Shown here in pieces: positions 38,370 through 51,774 of a DNA stretch of 64,000 bases. The notes beneath the pieces were generated by a model. That model searched no databases. It was not told the origin of the DNA and was given only the letters and a program-made list of their open reading frames with translations. The translations under genes and the position numbers were made by a program. Origin of the DNA: Eledone cirrhosa (taxonomy: Eukaryota); the NCBI GenBank assembly GCA_964016885.1, contig OZ024741.1:317626001-317690000 (forward strand), read 5' to 3'. How positions within the stretch are numbered: the stretch's first letter is position 1; each line of letters opens with the position of its first letter.

Positions 38370-39036
38370 CCATATATACTCGAATATAAGTCGAGGAATA
38401 TGTGACCAAAAATCAATGGTAAAATGGGGAGCCGGCTTATATTCGCAGTCAGTATTTTGATGATTTTCACCAACTTCAAATTCTACGTAAATAAGGTACT
38501 AAAATATCTGGAGTAATTATATTACAATGAAACAGTTTTTCTACATTTACATCATCGTTGATGTTATTTATGCATTCCCTTAAAAATATTTACAAAATAT
38601 TTTTTATAATTTGAACTTTTTAATACAAAAATATCCCATACACACATAAATGTTTTTCTCTGACAATATTTTTCCTTTCAATCTTTTAACTTTATTTTAT
38701 AGCTCTTACTCTCTTTCCTTTATTGCTCTCACTTACTATCTCTCCATCCCTCTTTTACTCTGAATTTTTATACAAAGTTCTCTTATTCGATCTTTTGCTT
38801 TCAAAGAACTAGCATGTGAGTGGCCAGAAGTAAAAATAATTCAGGAAACTTGTTGAAGCTTAATTGTGTCTACTTTTGGCAGAAGGCCAGCAATTATTCC
38901 AGTGCATTACTGGTACTTTATTTTATCGACCTCATAAGGATGAAAGGCAAAGTTAACCTTGGCGGGATTTGAACTCAGACCGTAAAGGGGCGTAACTCTA
39001 TGCAGCATAGCATTGTATATATTCAAGTATATATGG
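38370..39036. mobile_element. Tc1/mariner-type MITE containing a SINE (38860-39015)
   Basis: TA|CCATATATACTCGAATATA ... TATATTCAAGTATATATGG|TA. Confidence 0.7.
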
Positions 39037-39251
39037 TAATAAATTTTTCATCACCGTTCAGGAATAATGAAAGCAAAAAAGTCCCTTAGAGTGAAAAATA
39101 AAAATATAATACAAGAGGTAATAGTATTAACTCATATTAAATGGATAGTATAAGACATTAAATAATTACGTTAAGAAGAAAACATACTTAGAATAAAAAA
39201 TGTTTTGAATCCCTGCAAAATCTTTGGTTTTCCTTTATATATTTATATATA

Positions 39252-39349
39252 CAGTGGTGTCCCCCAAAAATGTTCACTTTGATTACCTGTACAGGCAATA
39301 TTTATTAGAATGTTGTTGAAGTATGTATGTATTTTTGGGGGAGACCCTA
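39252..39349. mobile_element. Very short Tc1/mariner-like MITE
   Basis: GGTGTCCCCCAAAAA / TTTTTGGGGGAGACC termini within TA runs. Confidence 0.5.
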
Positions 39350-39357
39350 TATATATA

Positions 39358-39852
<495 letters not shown>

Positions 39853-42120
39853 CTAAAGGACCCCACAGCCAGAAATAAATTTCAAAGCATATTACTTGAT
39901 GCTTTCGACAGTAAGGAGGAACATTTAGAGTCGGACAATATAGAGGGACAGTGGGAATTTCTGAAAAGCAAACCTGCTGATGACGACAGACGAAGTCTGT
40001 GGCTGGAGCAGGCCTGTAGGCAGGAGGAGAGTAACATGGTGGTGGAGGGGTCAATTAAGGCCAAAAAGCAGGCTTGGAAAGTATGGTGGGATGGAGGAAG
40101 TAGAGAAGACTATCAAGTGGCCAGGAGGGAAGCTAGGAGACAAGTGTACTTAGCAAGAAGGGAAGCTGAGGAAAGAAAGTTCAAGCATGTTCTACAACGC
40201 GAGGACCAGAAACGTGAGGTGTTCAGGATTGCTAGGCAATGCGTCAAGGAAAACCGTGATATTGTCGGGGAGAAGTGTGTACTTAACGATGATGGCATAC
40301 TTGCCATCACCGACGCTGATAAGAAGGTAGCTTGGAAGTGTCACTATGAAAGGCTACTAAATGAGGAGAATAAATGGGAGAAAGACAGTCTCCCCCACAT
40401 CGACCCAATAGAGGGACCAGCAGTGTTAGTCGAGGGGAGTATAATAAGTAAGGCAATCAAGGATATGAAGACGGGTAAGGCGGCTGGGCCTTCGGAAATA
40501 GTTGCTGAGATGCTGAAGGCATCTGGCACGGTGGGACACACCATGGTCACCCGCATAGTTAACCAAGTCGTACAGAATGGGGTTGTTCCGAAGGACTGGC
40601 ATAGCAGCATCATCGTTAACTGTTATAAGGGTAAAGGAGACGCCCTAGATAGGAGTAACTATAGAGGCATTAAATTAATCGACCAGGTCATGAAGGTCAC
40701 GGAAAAAGTAATAGCACAACTAATCAGAGAGAGAATTGACCTAGATGAAATGCAGTTCGGGTTTGTGTCAGGCAAAAGTACCACAGACGCTCTTTTCATT
40801 GTACGACAACTACAGGAGAAGTACCTAGCTAAAGGTAAACCCCTCTACTTAGCTTTTGTCGACTTGGGGAAAGCCTTCGACAGAGTCCCCCGCTCCATTA
40901 TCTGGTGGGCTCTTAGAAAACTAGGCGTTGACGAATGGCTTGTGAGAGCTATACAAGCCATGTATAAAGAAACAGTCAGCAAGGTTAGAATTAACAACGA
41001 ATATAGTGAAGAGTTTAGCGTAAAAGTTGGCGTCCATCAGGGCTCTGTTCTCAGCCCCCTACTATTTATTATTGCCCTTCAGGCTATAACAGAGGAGTTC
41101 AAGACCGGCTGCCCATGGGAACTCCTATACGCAGATGATCTAACGCTCATAGCTGAATCAATGGCCGAGCTAGAGAAGAAATTCCAAACATGGAAGCACG
41201 GCCTAGAATCAAAAGGACTTAAAATTAACCTGGCTAAGACTAAAGTTCTAGTTTGTAGGAAAGAAAATAAGGCGGCGGTCCCTTCTGGGAAATGGTCGTG
41301 CTCGGTGTGTAGGAAAGGCGTAGGTAGAAACTCCATTTTATGTCCTAAATGCAAAGTATGGGTGCATAAAAGATGTAGTGGGATCACAGGTAAGCTAACT
41401 AAGAACATAGATTTTACGGTGCTCTGGTGCAATAAGTAGCAGCAAGAGCCCACAAAATACTAGCTCTTTCAATTGCGCAGAGGGTTCTATAGAAATAGTG
41501 GGCAGCTTCCATTACCTGGGTGATAAAATCAGCAGTGGGGGAGGGTGCTCTAAAAGTACAGTAGCTAGAGTCAGAACTGGTTGGAAAAAGTTCAGAGAGC
41601 TTATACCACTATTAGCTGCTAAAGGGTTCTCCCTAAAAATGAAAGGCAGGTTGTACGATGCCTGCATACGAACAGCAATGTTGCATGGCAGTGAGACCTG
41701 GGCATTGTGTGCAGAGGATATACGCAGACTAGAGAGGAACGAAGCTTGCATGCTCCGCTGGATGTGTAACTAATATACGTGAACGGCAAAGCATAAACGA
41801 ACTAAGGAAAAAATTAGAAATAAGAGGGATCAGATGTTGTTTACTCGAGAGAAGGCTACGTTGGTATGGACACGTGATGCGCATGAAAGTCGATAGTTGT
41901 ATAACAAAGTGCAGGGCAATAAAGATAGACGGTAGCCACGGAATAGGCAGACCTAGAAAAACCTGGGACGAGCTGATAAACTCCGACCTCACACACTTAC
42001 ACCTCTCCAAGACAATGTCACTGGACCGAGACCTTTGGCGGTACTCAGTAACAGAGAAGACCCGCCTTACCTAAATACATAGTAAAACCTACTACAGCCA
42101 GTAGGCATCTCTAACAAAAT
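39853..42120 (+). mobile_element. 5'-truncated RTE-clade LINE (RT, frameshifted)
   Basis: [26 protein letters not shown] and YADD; small deletions near 41417 and 41770 relative to the 58842 copy. Confidence 0.92.
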
Positions 42121-42122
42121 TT

Positions 42123-42392
42123 TGGCTTGATTTCTACAGCTGGATGCCCTTCCTAACACCTACCTCACTTACAGTGAGTGCTGGGTGCTTTTTTGCCGTG
42201 GTACCTCCACGTCCACTTTGCAATGGAATGATAGGGACCCCAGTCCTATCATCTCATTTCTACAGCTGAGTAAACTGGAGCAACGTGAAATAAAGTGTCT
42301 TGCTCAAGGAAACAACACATCACCCGGTCCAAGAATTGAACTCACAACCTTTCGATTGCAAGCCAAATGCTCTATCCACTAAGCCATGCACC
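42123..42392 (-). mobile_element. Composite tRNA/CORE-like/RTE-tail SINE
   Basis: Homologous to 39409-39678. Confidence 0.7.
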
Positions 42393-44019
42393 TTCACATT
42401 ATACATGTATATGTTTGTTGTTCACTTTTACATTTCATAATTATTATCAACCATCATTTTATATCTGCTTTCCATGCTGGCATAGTTTGGACAGGTTGTC
42501 ACAGTTTGTGTTGGTTTTTATTAAGAGTTACCACCCACCTAGGTGGGTCATTGAACCATGTTTGGCTTGTAGATTCAAACTTTTGACATGATTTCTACAG
42601 CTGGATGCTCTAACACCAACTATTTAAAAGTGTACTGGATGCATTTTAATGTGCCAGCAACAGTAGAAAGGTTGTCATGACTTTGACAAGACTAAAGAGT
42701 TCTCTTCGTACATTGTGAATATTTCACTTCTCCTTTTAACCCTTTTGATACTGAACTACCCTTGATTCAATGATACTAAACTGTATATTTTGTGTTTATA
42801 TTTATCTAAAAAAGCCTTCCAACACGATTTTCTGTAAGAATATTTAAGGTATGCTCCAGATACCAGCTTAATAATCCCTCTTGATTAGTTTCAAAATGAT
42901 TTCAAAGTCATAGCCTGTCTTTCATTTAAAATATAACAATGAAATGGTTATGCTCCAAACGTCAATATATTAATGAGTTATATTTCTCCAAATTCTTTAT
43001 TTTCAAAATTATTTGAAAATCATAGGCCATGAGTTAAATTACAAATTTACATATCTAATATTTGTTAGTGATGTGGAGTTGAAGTGTTGTAGTTCTATTC
43101 TGAGCTATACTTCTTACTCTCATCAACAAGTCTTGCTCAATCTTGATTTTTAAACAACAATCTTCTTTTCATCATATTCTAATTTATTCCTCAAAATGCT
43201 TTTAAAATTGTTAAATAATAAACCTATTTTTTGAATTGAAACTTTTTGCAAAGATGAAATCACACGAAGACTCTTTAGTTGCACAACAATCTCTCATGAA
43301 AAAATGCACCTAGTACACTGTAAAGTGGTTGGGGATAGGAAGAGCATCCAATCATAGAAAACTTGCTAAACAAAGGGTCAAGAAGACCCTGCAGCTGTGT
43401 CAGGGGCACAACAACCTCCCTAGTAATAGTGCCACGAAAATACACTCTAGAGAGAGAGAGAGTGCAGGAATTTATGTGAGTGAGATGTATCTGCCAGACC
43501 AGTTGAGAGGTCTGTAACACTGATTAGGTACTGACTTCATCTTTGACAACCTGACCAACTCTTGTTAGCAGGGAGAATGGATGTTAAATGATGATCATGA
43601 ATTATGTTATTATTTTTACATCTGTTTTTCCATGTTTGCACAGGTTAAACGAAACCTGAAACTTAAAGTTTCATGGGTATTAACCCTTAACATTCTGGAT
43701 TGATTGAGCAGAAAATATCTGAAAAACAAGTTTATTTATAGTATTTTTTCTTGTGGACAGACCATTATAAAAATTTGCAGTATTATCTCTTAACATCTTG
43801 TAATGATTTAGCAGAAAATATCTAAAACTGGGTTTGTTGATTCAAATGTTTATAGTATCTTTACAGTGTGATGGTTAGTTGGAGAGTGTGGTGATTAGTG
43901 GTGAGGGTGGTGGTTAATAGTGTAATGGTTAGTGAAGAAGGTGACAATTGATGGGGAGTGTGATAGTTAATGGTAGTGTGTGGAGAGAGATTGATGTGAT
44001 ACTGAGACAGTAGGGAGAG

Positions 44020-44455
44020 AGTTTGGGACTTCACTATACTAATGAATCTCAGGCTTGAACACAACTGGCCTGATATTGTAGTTATGCACAGAAGTAAGTG
44101 TGAATGCTAGGTTATTAATGTTACATTGTAGGAGACCAAAACATAGCTTTGAAAGAAATTGAAAAAATAACAAAATATACTGACTTGAAGATCAAAACTG
44201 CACGAATGTGATTAATACCACCTAACAACATCCAGATAATTCCAGTTGTCATTGGCGTTTTGGGTTTAATACCACTAAAACCGAGAGGGTATCTTAAGCA
44301 AATACACCTCGAAATACTAATTGCACTCGTACAAAAAAACTACTTTGTTGGATTTACTAAGGAAAGTAGTCTCTCTTTAAGGTCCTTATTGAGGCTTGGC
44401 AGACACTAGAAGATCCAGTAATTACCATGTTCAGTGTAAACCATCAATAATAATA
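44020..44455 (+). mobile_element. Degenerate R4/Dong-like LINE relic
   Basis: WDF...HNWPDIV, KEIEKITKYTDL and IIPVVIGVLG motifs. Confidence 0.6.
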
Positions 44456-44679
44456 GGTGGAGGGATTTGATAGAGACAGATCGAATGTCTTCCATTGTTT
44501 CTCATAAGGTTTATGAATAAGTCAGCAGGAAGAGACTTAAGAGCATAAGGATCAGGAGCCACGAAGGTAGATTTTACACCCTAACCTCTATCACCAAATT
44601 TATTTTAGTAACAGTTTATGGGCAAGTTTTCTCTAGCTCAGTGTGTCACCAGTCATCACATGCCTGTGACTTTATGAAT

Positions 44680-45200
44680 TTCAGTTTCTTAGAGTCAGTC
44701 CAAACCACTTCATCCCATGTCATCTTTGGTCTCCTTTTTCCAAAGGTTCCATCCAGATCAAATGCTCTGCACTTCTTTATACAACTGATATCCTCCAGAC
44801 ATGTCACAAGTCTGTACCAACACAGTCATCTCTCTTGCACTTTATATTTGATATCTTTTATACTCAACTCACTTGTGCTGTGTAACACAACACATCTAGT
44901 GTGGCACCAGCTCGACCACTTTCCAGTGTGTACAATGTGCTTTTTATTGTGGCACCAGCACTACCACTTTACAGGGTCTACTGAGTGATTTTGTTACTGT
45001 AGCAACAACCCTATTTTATAAAGTGTACTGAGTGCTTTTCATCTTGGCACCAGCACTAGAGTGGTGGTTATATCCTCAGCAGGCCTAAAGGGAGGGATCT
45101 ATCAACCCTACATTGTCTCGGTTTGATTGATACCACTTAACAGAGTGCTGGGTGCATTTTATCTTGTCACCAGGACTAGTAAGATTGCCTAAGGACTCAT
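44680..45200 (-). mobile_element. Degenerate RTE fragment and RTE 3' UTR subrepeats
   Basis: Reverse-strand RPKMTWDEVV and repeated GTGGCACCAGCAC units. Confidence 0.55.
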
Positions 45201-46549
45201 TACTCTAAGTTGTCTACATCAATGAAGACAGTGTGACTGTGAGAGAAGAGGATAGGAGTAGGAAAGACAGTGGAATGGGGGCGTAAGAGACAGTGGAGTG
45301 GGAAAGTGACAGAGATGAGGGAGAAAGAGAAACAATGGGTGGTAGTAGTATAAAATAATACATACACACACATTTATATATATATATATGAATTAAAAGT
45401 GACAAAGGCGCTGTGTGGTTACTAATAAATATTATTTAGAAAACGTAAGAGAAACACAAATATAAGGACAATTCCCACTCTGCTGTGGGTTGCTGATGTT
45501 TCGACACATTAAAACAGTACATTTCACCACAGTGCGTTGATAACGAGGAACATACATATACATATCTTCTTTTTTTTTTCTTTCTTGGTTGTCCATAGTA
45601 AACGATGATGGCATCTTTATTGTTGTTCCCATCTGCCGTGGGCACGAAGGTAGCTGTGGAGGCCGATCCTTGACTTGCAGTTCCGGGGACAGTGAGGGCA
45701 GGGGAAGAGACCAGAGTTAGTCTGGCAACTCCCAAAGGTAACCTCCACCTCTTATATATATATACATACATATAGATAGATAGATACATATATCTATCTA
45801 TTTTTGTACAGCTGGATGCCCTTCCTAACGCCAACCACATTGACAGTGTGTACTGGGTGCTTTTTGTCGTGACACTTACACGATCCCTTTACTGTGTGGG
45901 CTGGATGTTTTGTGGTACCAGCATAATGTATATATATATATATACATGCACAAATCATGATAATGATATATACATATTTGCGTGCATATAAATATACCAT
46001 ATATATGTAATATACATATACACTTCATATATATATATCATCAACCTTTTTGTTTTAATGTCCATTATTCATGGGTAGGACAGATTGACCCTTAGGGAAA
46101 AAACAGGTCAGAGGACCATGTTTAGCTCACCCGGGGCAGATACATACATATATATATATATATACAAACATATACATTATATATATATATATATATATAT
46201 CAGGATAGAACCAGTTTGGAACTAGTGAGACTATTACTCAACAGAGTACTTGATACTTGGTGTTTTGTCCATCCGATGCGCACATACATGTACGCTACAT
46301 ATCTACACACAACCACTCCCTAATCATATTAAAAATTTATATGAAAGAGTGTGTGTGTCTGTATCTACAAAATATGATAAATTATTTCTAAAACACTTCT
46401 ATGAAGAAAATTTACAATTGGATGAATAATGTATTCCCATATATGGACAAACCATGCCCCTGATGATACAGCCAGTCACCTGCGAAACAGTCTGGAACTA
46501 GCTGTTGAAATGGCAAGAGCTCAACCATTAGGGCCGATTCTTTATAAAA

Positions 46550-46897
46550 TATCATCATCATTATCGTCTATTTTCCACGTTAGCATGGGTTTAGACGGGA
46601 ATTGTCCCACTAGAGGCAAGATTGGTTGTCTTGCTCGTATAGGACTGTATGGCAGGTTTTCTACGGCTAGATGCCCTTCCTAACACAAACTACGTTTACA
46701 GTGTGGACTGAGGTTTTTACTGTGTTATCTACACGGCCACATTACAGCGTGGACTATGTGTTTTTTTTGTCGTGACACCTACACGACCTCATTTATTTAG
46801 GACTGGATATTGTGGTACCAACATAACTTTACAGAGAAAGGGGTGGTGTAGAGGTAGTGGGATGGGGGTGTATTTTTGGTTAGGAGGTGCCAAACCT
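46550..46897 (-). mobile_element. RTE 3' UTR-only copy
   Basis: Reverse complement of 215-480 and 60240-60600, with (GAT)n tail. Confidence 0.8.
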
Positions 46898-46968
46898 ATA
46901 TATATATATAGGTATGTAAAAGATAAACAGAAATAACAAAGCAAATGACACAATACATTGAAGAAGTA

Positions 46969-47006
46969 TATTAGTTTCGGACACTAGTCCTTCATCAGAA
47001 GATAAA
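46969..47006 (-). ncRNA. Hammerhead core lacking the 3' strand of stem I
   Basis: Minus strand CTGATGA-A-GGAC-TAGT-GTCC-GAAA-CTAATA. Confidence 0.45.
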
Positions 47007-47444
47007 GAGAAGAGGAAGGAACGGGAAGAAAAAATATGCATATTCAGTCAGCCATATGAGAAGTGGCTTGGTGGAAGAAGGGTAAAACCTTTGGTAATTC
47101 AGTACAAACAAATGTGTTCATAGAATGTATCTTTCTGAGGTTAAAGCTCCAAATTATAAAGAAGAATATTTTTGTTTTTAATGTTTTATTAGAAATATCC
47201 ATAAACTCACCTGAGAAAATACATGTAATAGCAATTGGGAGATCAAAAGATTACACAGAGCAATTTTGATGATCATTTGACATTAAAGGTATGTATCATT
47301 TACAGGTGACAAAGATTTAAGGCAAATAACCCTTACCTATAGTGTACCTGGCATATACAGGTGACAAAAGTAAGATTTAAGGCAAATATGCCTTACTTAT
47401 AGTGTACCTGATATTTACCTGAGTTTCTCTACGAGGCATAATGT

Positions 47445-49060
47445 ATTAATGATTTCTAATTTAGACACAAGGATAGCAATTTTGAGGGAGGGGAAGTCAA
47501 ATCAACCCCAGTATTTGAGTGGTGCTTTATTTTATTGACCCAGAACGATGAAAGGCAAAGCTGGATTTTTAACTCAGAATAAACACCAATTTTGTCCAGT
47601 CTCTTACATAGGCACAAGACGAGAAATTTGAAGGAAGTGTATAGTCAGTTAACCCTTTTAATACCAAATTTCCTGAAACTGCCCCTGTTTCTACGATACA
47701 AAACTGTTTTATTTCAAAGTAATTATATTTATCTAAAAACTTCCATCATAATTTTATGTAAGAACCTGTGTTAAATTATGGTCCAAACATCATATTTTTA
47801 ATTTTGGCACAAGGCCAGTAATTTGGGGAGGGGGGGGGGGGGGTTTGATAAAATCAACCCTGAAAGAATGAAAGGTAAAGTTCACCTTGGCGAGATTTAA
47901 ACTCGGAACATAAAGAGCCAGAACAAATGAGACAAAGCATTTTATCCAACGCTCTAACGTTTCTGCCAATCCACCACCCTCGGCAACTTAATAACAAGAA
48001 AGTCAATTATATTACTAAATCCCACCAAATTCTTGATTATTTTCAAAATGATTTGAAAATCATAGGCAGTGCATTTCATTAGAAATATGGTGATGAAAGA
48101 GTCAAATCATCCCCAGCATTTGACTGGTACTATTTTATCAACCCATCCTCCTTCCAGATAGATGTAAAACAAAGTTGACATTGGTGGGATTTGGACTCAG
48201 TAGGTAATAGGGTAGGAATATATACCACAAGGTATTGTGTGTGACAATTCTGTGAATTCATTGCCTTTAGGTATGATATTATAATGGCTTCTAAATCAGA
48301 TCCAGGGCCAGCAATTGGGAGGGGGGAGTCAAATTGACAACGATTCCCCAGTACATGACTGATACCCAGGGAAAAGATAAAAGGCAAAGTTGATCTTGTG
48401 GGATTTTCACTCAAAACACATAATACATTGAAACTAAATACCAGGAGGCGTTTTGTCGGATGCTCTAATGATTCTTGTCGAGTAATAATGGTTTCTACTT
48501 TAGGCACAAGGCCAGCAATTTGAAGGGAAGGGGAAAGTCGATTAATTCAATCCCAGTGCTTACTGGTAATTATTTTATCGACCCCGTAAGGATGAAAGGC
48601 AAAGTTGAACTCAGCACGTAAAGGACCGCAACTCTATGCCGGAGTCCGACGCTCTACCGACTCTGGCAATCCACCGCCCTTGCTGAGTAATAATTGTTTC
48701 TACTTTAGGTACAAGGCCAGCAATTACCCAGTGCATTACTGGTACTTTATTTTATCGACCCCGTAAGGATGAAAGGCAAAGTCAACCTCGGCGGGATTTG
48801 AACTCAGATCGTAAAGGGACGTAACTATGCTGGAAAGCATGGCATCCGACCCTCTACCGATACTGCCAATCCACTCTTGCTGAGTAATAACGGCTTCTAA
48901 TTTAGATAGAGGGCCAGCAATTTAGGGAAGTAGTAGAAAGTTGATATTATCAACCCCAGTATTTGACTAAAACTTTTTTATCAACCTCGAAAAGATGAAA
49001 GGTGAAGTTGACCCTGATGGGATTTGAACTCAGAATGTAAAGAGCCATAAATACCGATTT
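47445..49060 (-). mobile_element. Pile-up of co-oriented tRNA SINE copies and MITE pieces
   Basis: Repeated GGCACAAGGCCAGCAATT starts; the copy at 48688-48875 has TSD TTGCTGAGTAATAA. Confidence 0.8.
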
Positions 49061-49769
49061 GTGCCAAGTAAATAATCAAAACTAGAATATCTATCTATAA
49101 TGTATCTTTATTATTATTATTGTTATTGTTATTATTATTATTACAACAGACAAATAGTTATACAAGTTAACTATTATTAGTTAGACAAGTTAACTATACA
49201 AATAGTTATAACAAGTGGAATTACAATAATCCTTGTCTATTTTGTGATATGAGATACATGGTAACAGCATCAGTAAATATTTTATATCAAATCATTAATC
49301 AATAAGTGTGAAGGCATGTGATCTAGTGGTTAGGGTGTTAAGCTTATGATTGTAAGTTCATGGGTTCAATTCCCAGACCATGTGGATTTCTTTCCTGTCA
49401 CCAGCCACTTTAGAATATATATGTCATCATGTGTGTGTCTGTTTATATATATAAATGTATTTATGTGCATAAATTATATAAATGCATTTGCTTAAGATTT
49501 GTTCATGATTTCATTCAAAATGATCAAGGATATGTTGTGAGCAATGGAGATGATGCTCAAGGTGATGGTTAAGATAATTATAGTCCAAGAGGGCTTTCAG
49601 GAAAAGAAAAAAATATCTGATCCAAATATATAAACTTTGTTTTGCCTCAGTTAAAAATAAGGATGCTTTTTTATCTTCTCTCTTTTTTTTTGTTTTTAAA
49701 TTATTTCCAATTTGTCAATCGTTTGATGAGTTTAATTTAGTTCCTCAGTTGTAGGGTTTCAGTAATGAT

Positions 49770-50789
49770 TCAAAGTTGTTTGTATACAATACCTCTCATG
49801 ATATTTGGGTTGTATGGTTGCTGTTGATGGTGTGGATTGGTGATGGTGGTGGTGGTATTGGAGGTGGTGGTATTGGTGGTAGTGGGGGGGCCATTATTGA
49901 CAGTGGCATTGTGGGCATGATGAGGGGGAACAACATTCATCGCATTCATTCTTTCGACCAGGTGTGTTTTTTCATGACATTTTAACAGCGATTTATGAAC
50001 GAACTCTTTACCACAAACATCGCAGCTCAGCGGCATTTTACGGTTATTATTTTCATGGTTGCGAATATGAGTTTTCAAATTTCCTTTCTGAGAAAACCCC
50101 CGAGCGCAGATCGGACACGAAAATGGCTTCTGGCCATCATGGGACATCTTGTGGATCTTCAAGTTGCTGATTTGAGAAAAAGATTTTTGACAAACATCAC
50201 ATGAGTAAGGCTTATCTCCCGTGTGTGAGCGCTCATGGATTTTCAGATTTCCTTTCTGAGAGAATGATTTGTGGCATGTTTCACATGTAAATGGTTTCTC
50301 ACCTGAATGAACTCGATGGTGATTTTTTAAGCTAGCAATTTGAGAGAAAGATTTATGGCACGTGACACAAGTGTATGGTTTATCACCTGTGTGACATCTC
50401 TGATGGTGTTTTAGATTACCACGCTGAGAAAAAGACTTCCAACAGAGCGGACATTTAAAAGGCTTCTCTCCTGTGTGAGTTCTCATGTGGTGCTTTAGAT
50501 TTCCCTTTTGTGAAAATCCACGATTGCATGTTAAACATGTGTAGGGTCGTTCTCCGGTATGACATCGCTCATGACTGCGCATGCTTGACACCTGTGCAAA
50601 AACTTTGCGACAATACGAGCATGAATATGTTTTGTTTTCACTGTGTGTTTGTTGCTTGTGTCTTTTCATTTGATCATAGAGTGGGAAGACAGCCCCACAT
50701 GTTTCACAAGGAAACTGTCGACCAAGTGGGTAGTTAGGTGTAGAACTACTTTGCATAGAATACATTGTCACTGGTGTATGTTGTTGCAT
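49770..50789 (-). CDS. C2H2 zinc-finger transcription factor, 9 fingers, 339 aa
   Basis: Tandem fingers with TGEKP/TGDKP linkers and a T/N/H/Q-rich tail; candidate minus-strand acceptor at 51367-51385. Confidence 0.93.
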   Translation of the reverse strand: MQQHTPVTMYSMQSSSTPNYPLGRQFPCETCGAVFPLYDQMKRHKQQTHSENKTYSCSYCRKVFAQVSSMRSHERCHTGERPYTCLTCNRGFSQKGNLKHHMRTHTGEKPFKCPLCWKSFSQRGNLKHHQRCHTGDKPYTCVTCHKSFSQIASLKNHHRVHSGEKPFTCETCHKSFSQKGNLKIHERSHTGDKPYSCDVCQKSFSQISNLKIHKMSHDGQKPFSCPICARGFSQKGNLKTHIRNHENNNRKMPLSCDVCGKEFVHKSLLKCHEKTHLVERMNAMNVVPPHHAHNATVNNGPPTTTNTTTSNTTTTITNPHHQQQPYNPNIMRGIVYKQL

Positions 50790-51154
50790 TTTGTTTTTTT
50801 AAATAGATATTCAAGAATGAACTAAAATTAAAGAGAAATGTTTCCTAGCAAATCTATCTGATAAATTAGCAAAGAAACTGCATAAATTGTTGCAGGATCT
50901 ATATAATAATATAGGTAGTCATCAGAAAGTCAATAACTGCACTTGTTTGTGTGTATATGTATATATACTGTGAAACTTCAATATAAACAGTTACTATTAA
51001 CAAATATTATGTTGACTTTATATACATTGAGTCCTTAATTCAGTGTTTGTTTAGTGTGTTTATTACACCAACCATTAAAACAAACTCACTATTGCATATA
51101 AATAGCAGCAGAATAATGTGAGGATAAATAACTGCTCAGATAAAATATGACAGA

Positions 51155-51290
51155 TGTTATAATATATCTATAGCAAAGATAAGATATATCTACAGCAATG
51201 TTATGATATATCCGTAGCAATCTTGTGATATATCTATAGCAATGTTATGATATATCTATAGCAACGTTATGATAAAACTATAGCTAGCTA
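51155..51290. repeat. ~23-bp tandem repeat
   Basis: About 6 copies of GATATATCTATAGCAATGTTAT. Confidence 0.8.
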
Positions 51291-51774
51291 TATGCTACAT
51301 TCAGCTATGAAAGGAATTCTCTTTAGTTTCATCCCAGCTTTCAACATTTTACAGCATTAAAAACATCTGGAAAAAAAAGAAAAGAAAATAAGAAAATAGA
51401 TTTACATAAAATTAAAACAAAATATAATTAAAGAAAAAGGCACCAGGTGTGCACATATGTGCAGGTACATACACACACACATGATTACACCACACCCTAC
51501 AGAGAGACAAAGAAAATAAGAAGAAAGAGTAAAGAGTTGTGGAGATGAAGAGGAGGCTCTGAGGGCAGAGCTATTGATAAGGTCACAGATTGTAATGAAA
51601 AGAATTTGTCAATTACATAATTAGTTGATTAATGTACTGATTGGTAGATTTAATGGCTTGATTAATAAAACTGAATTAAAAACTTAACCAGTCTCTGGTA
51701 GCATGGTGATAAAATAATACTGTAGAAAAAAGTTAAAAGGGTGGAAGAAAGGGAGAAGTAATGTACAATATGAA

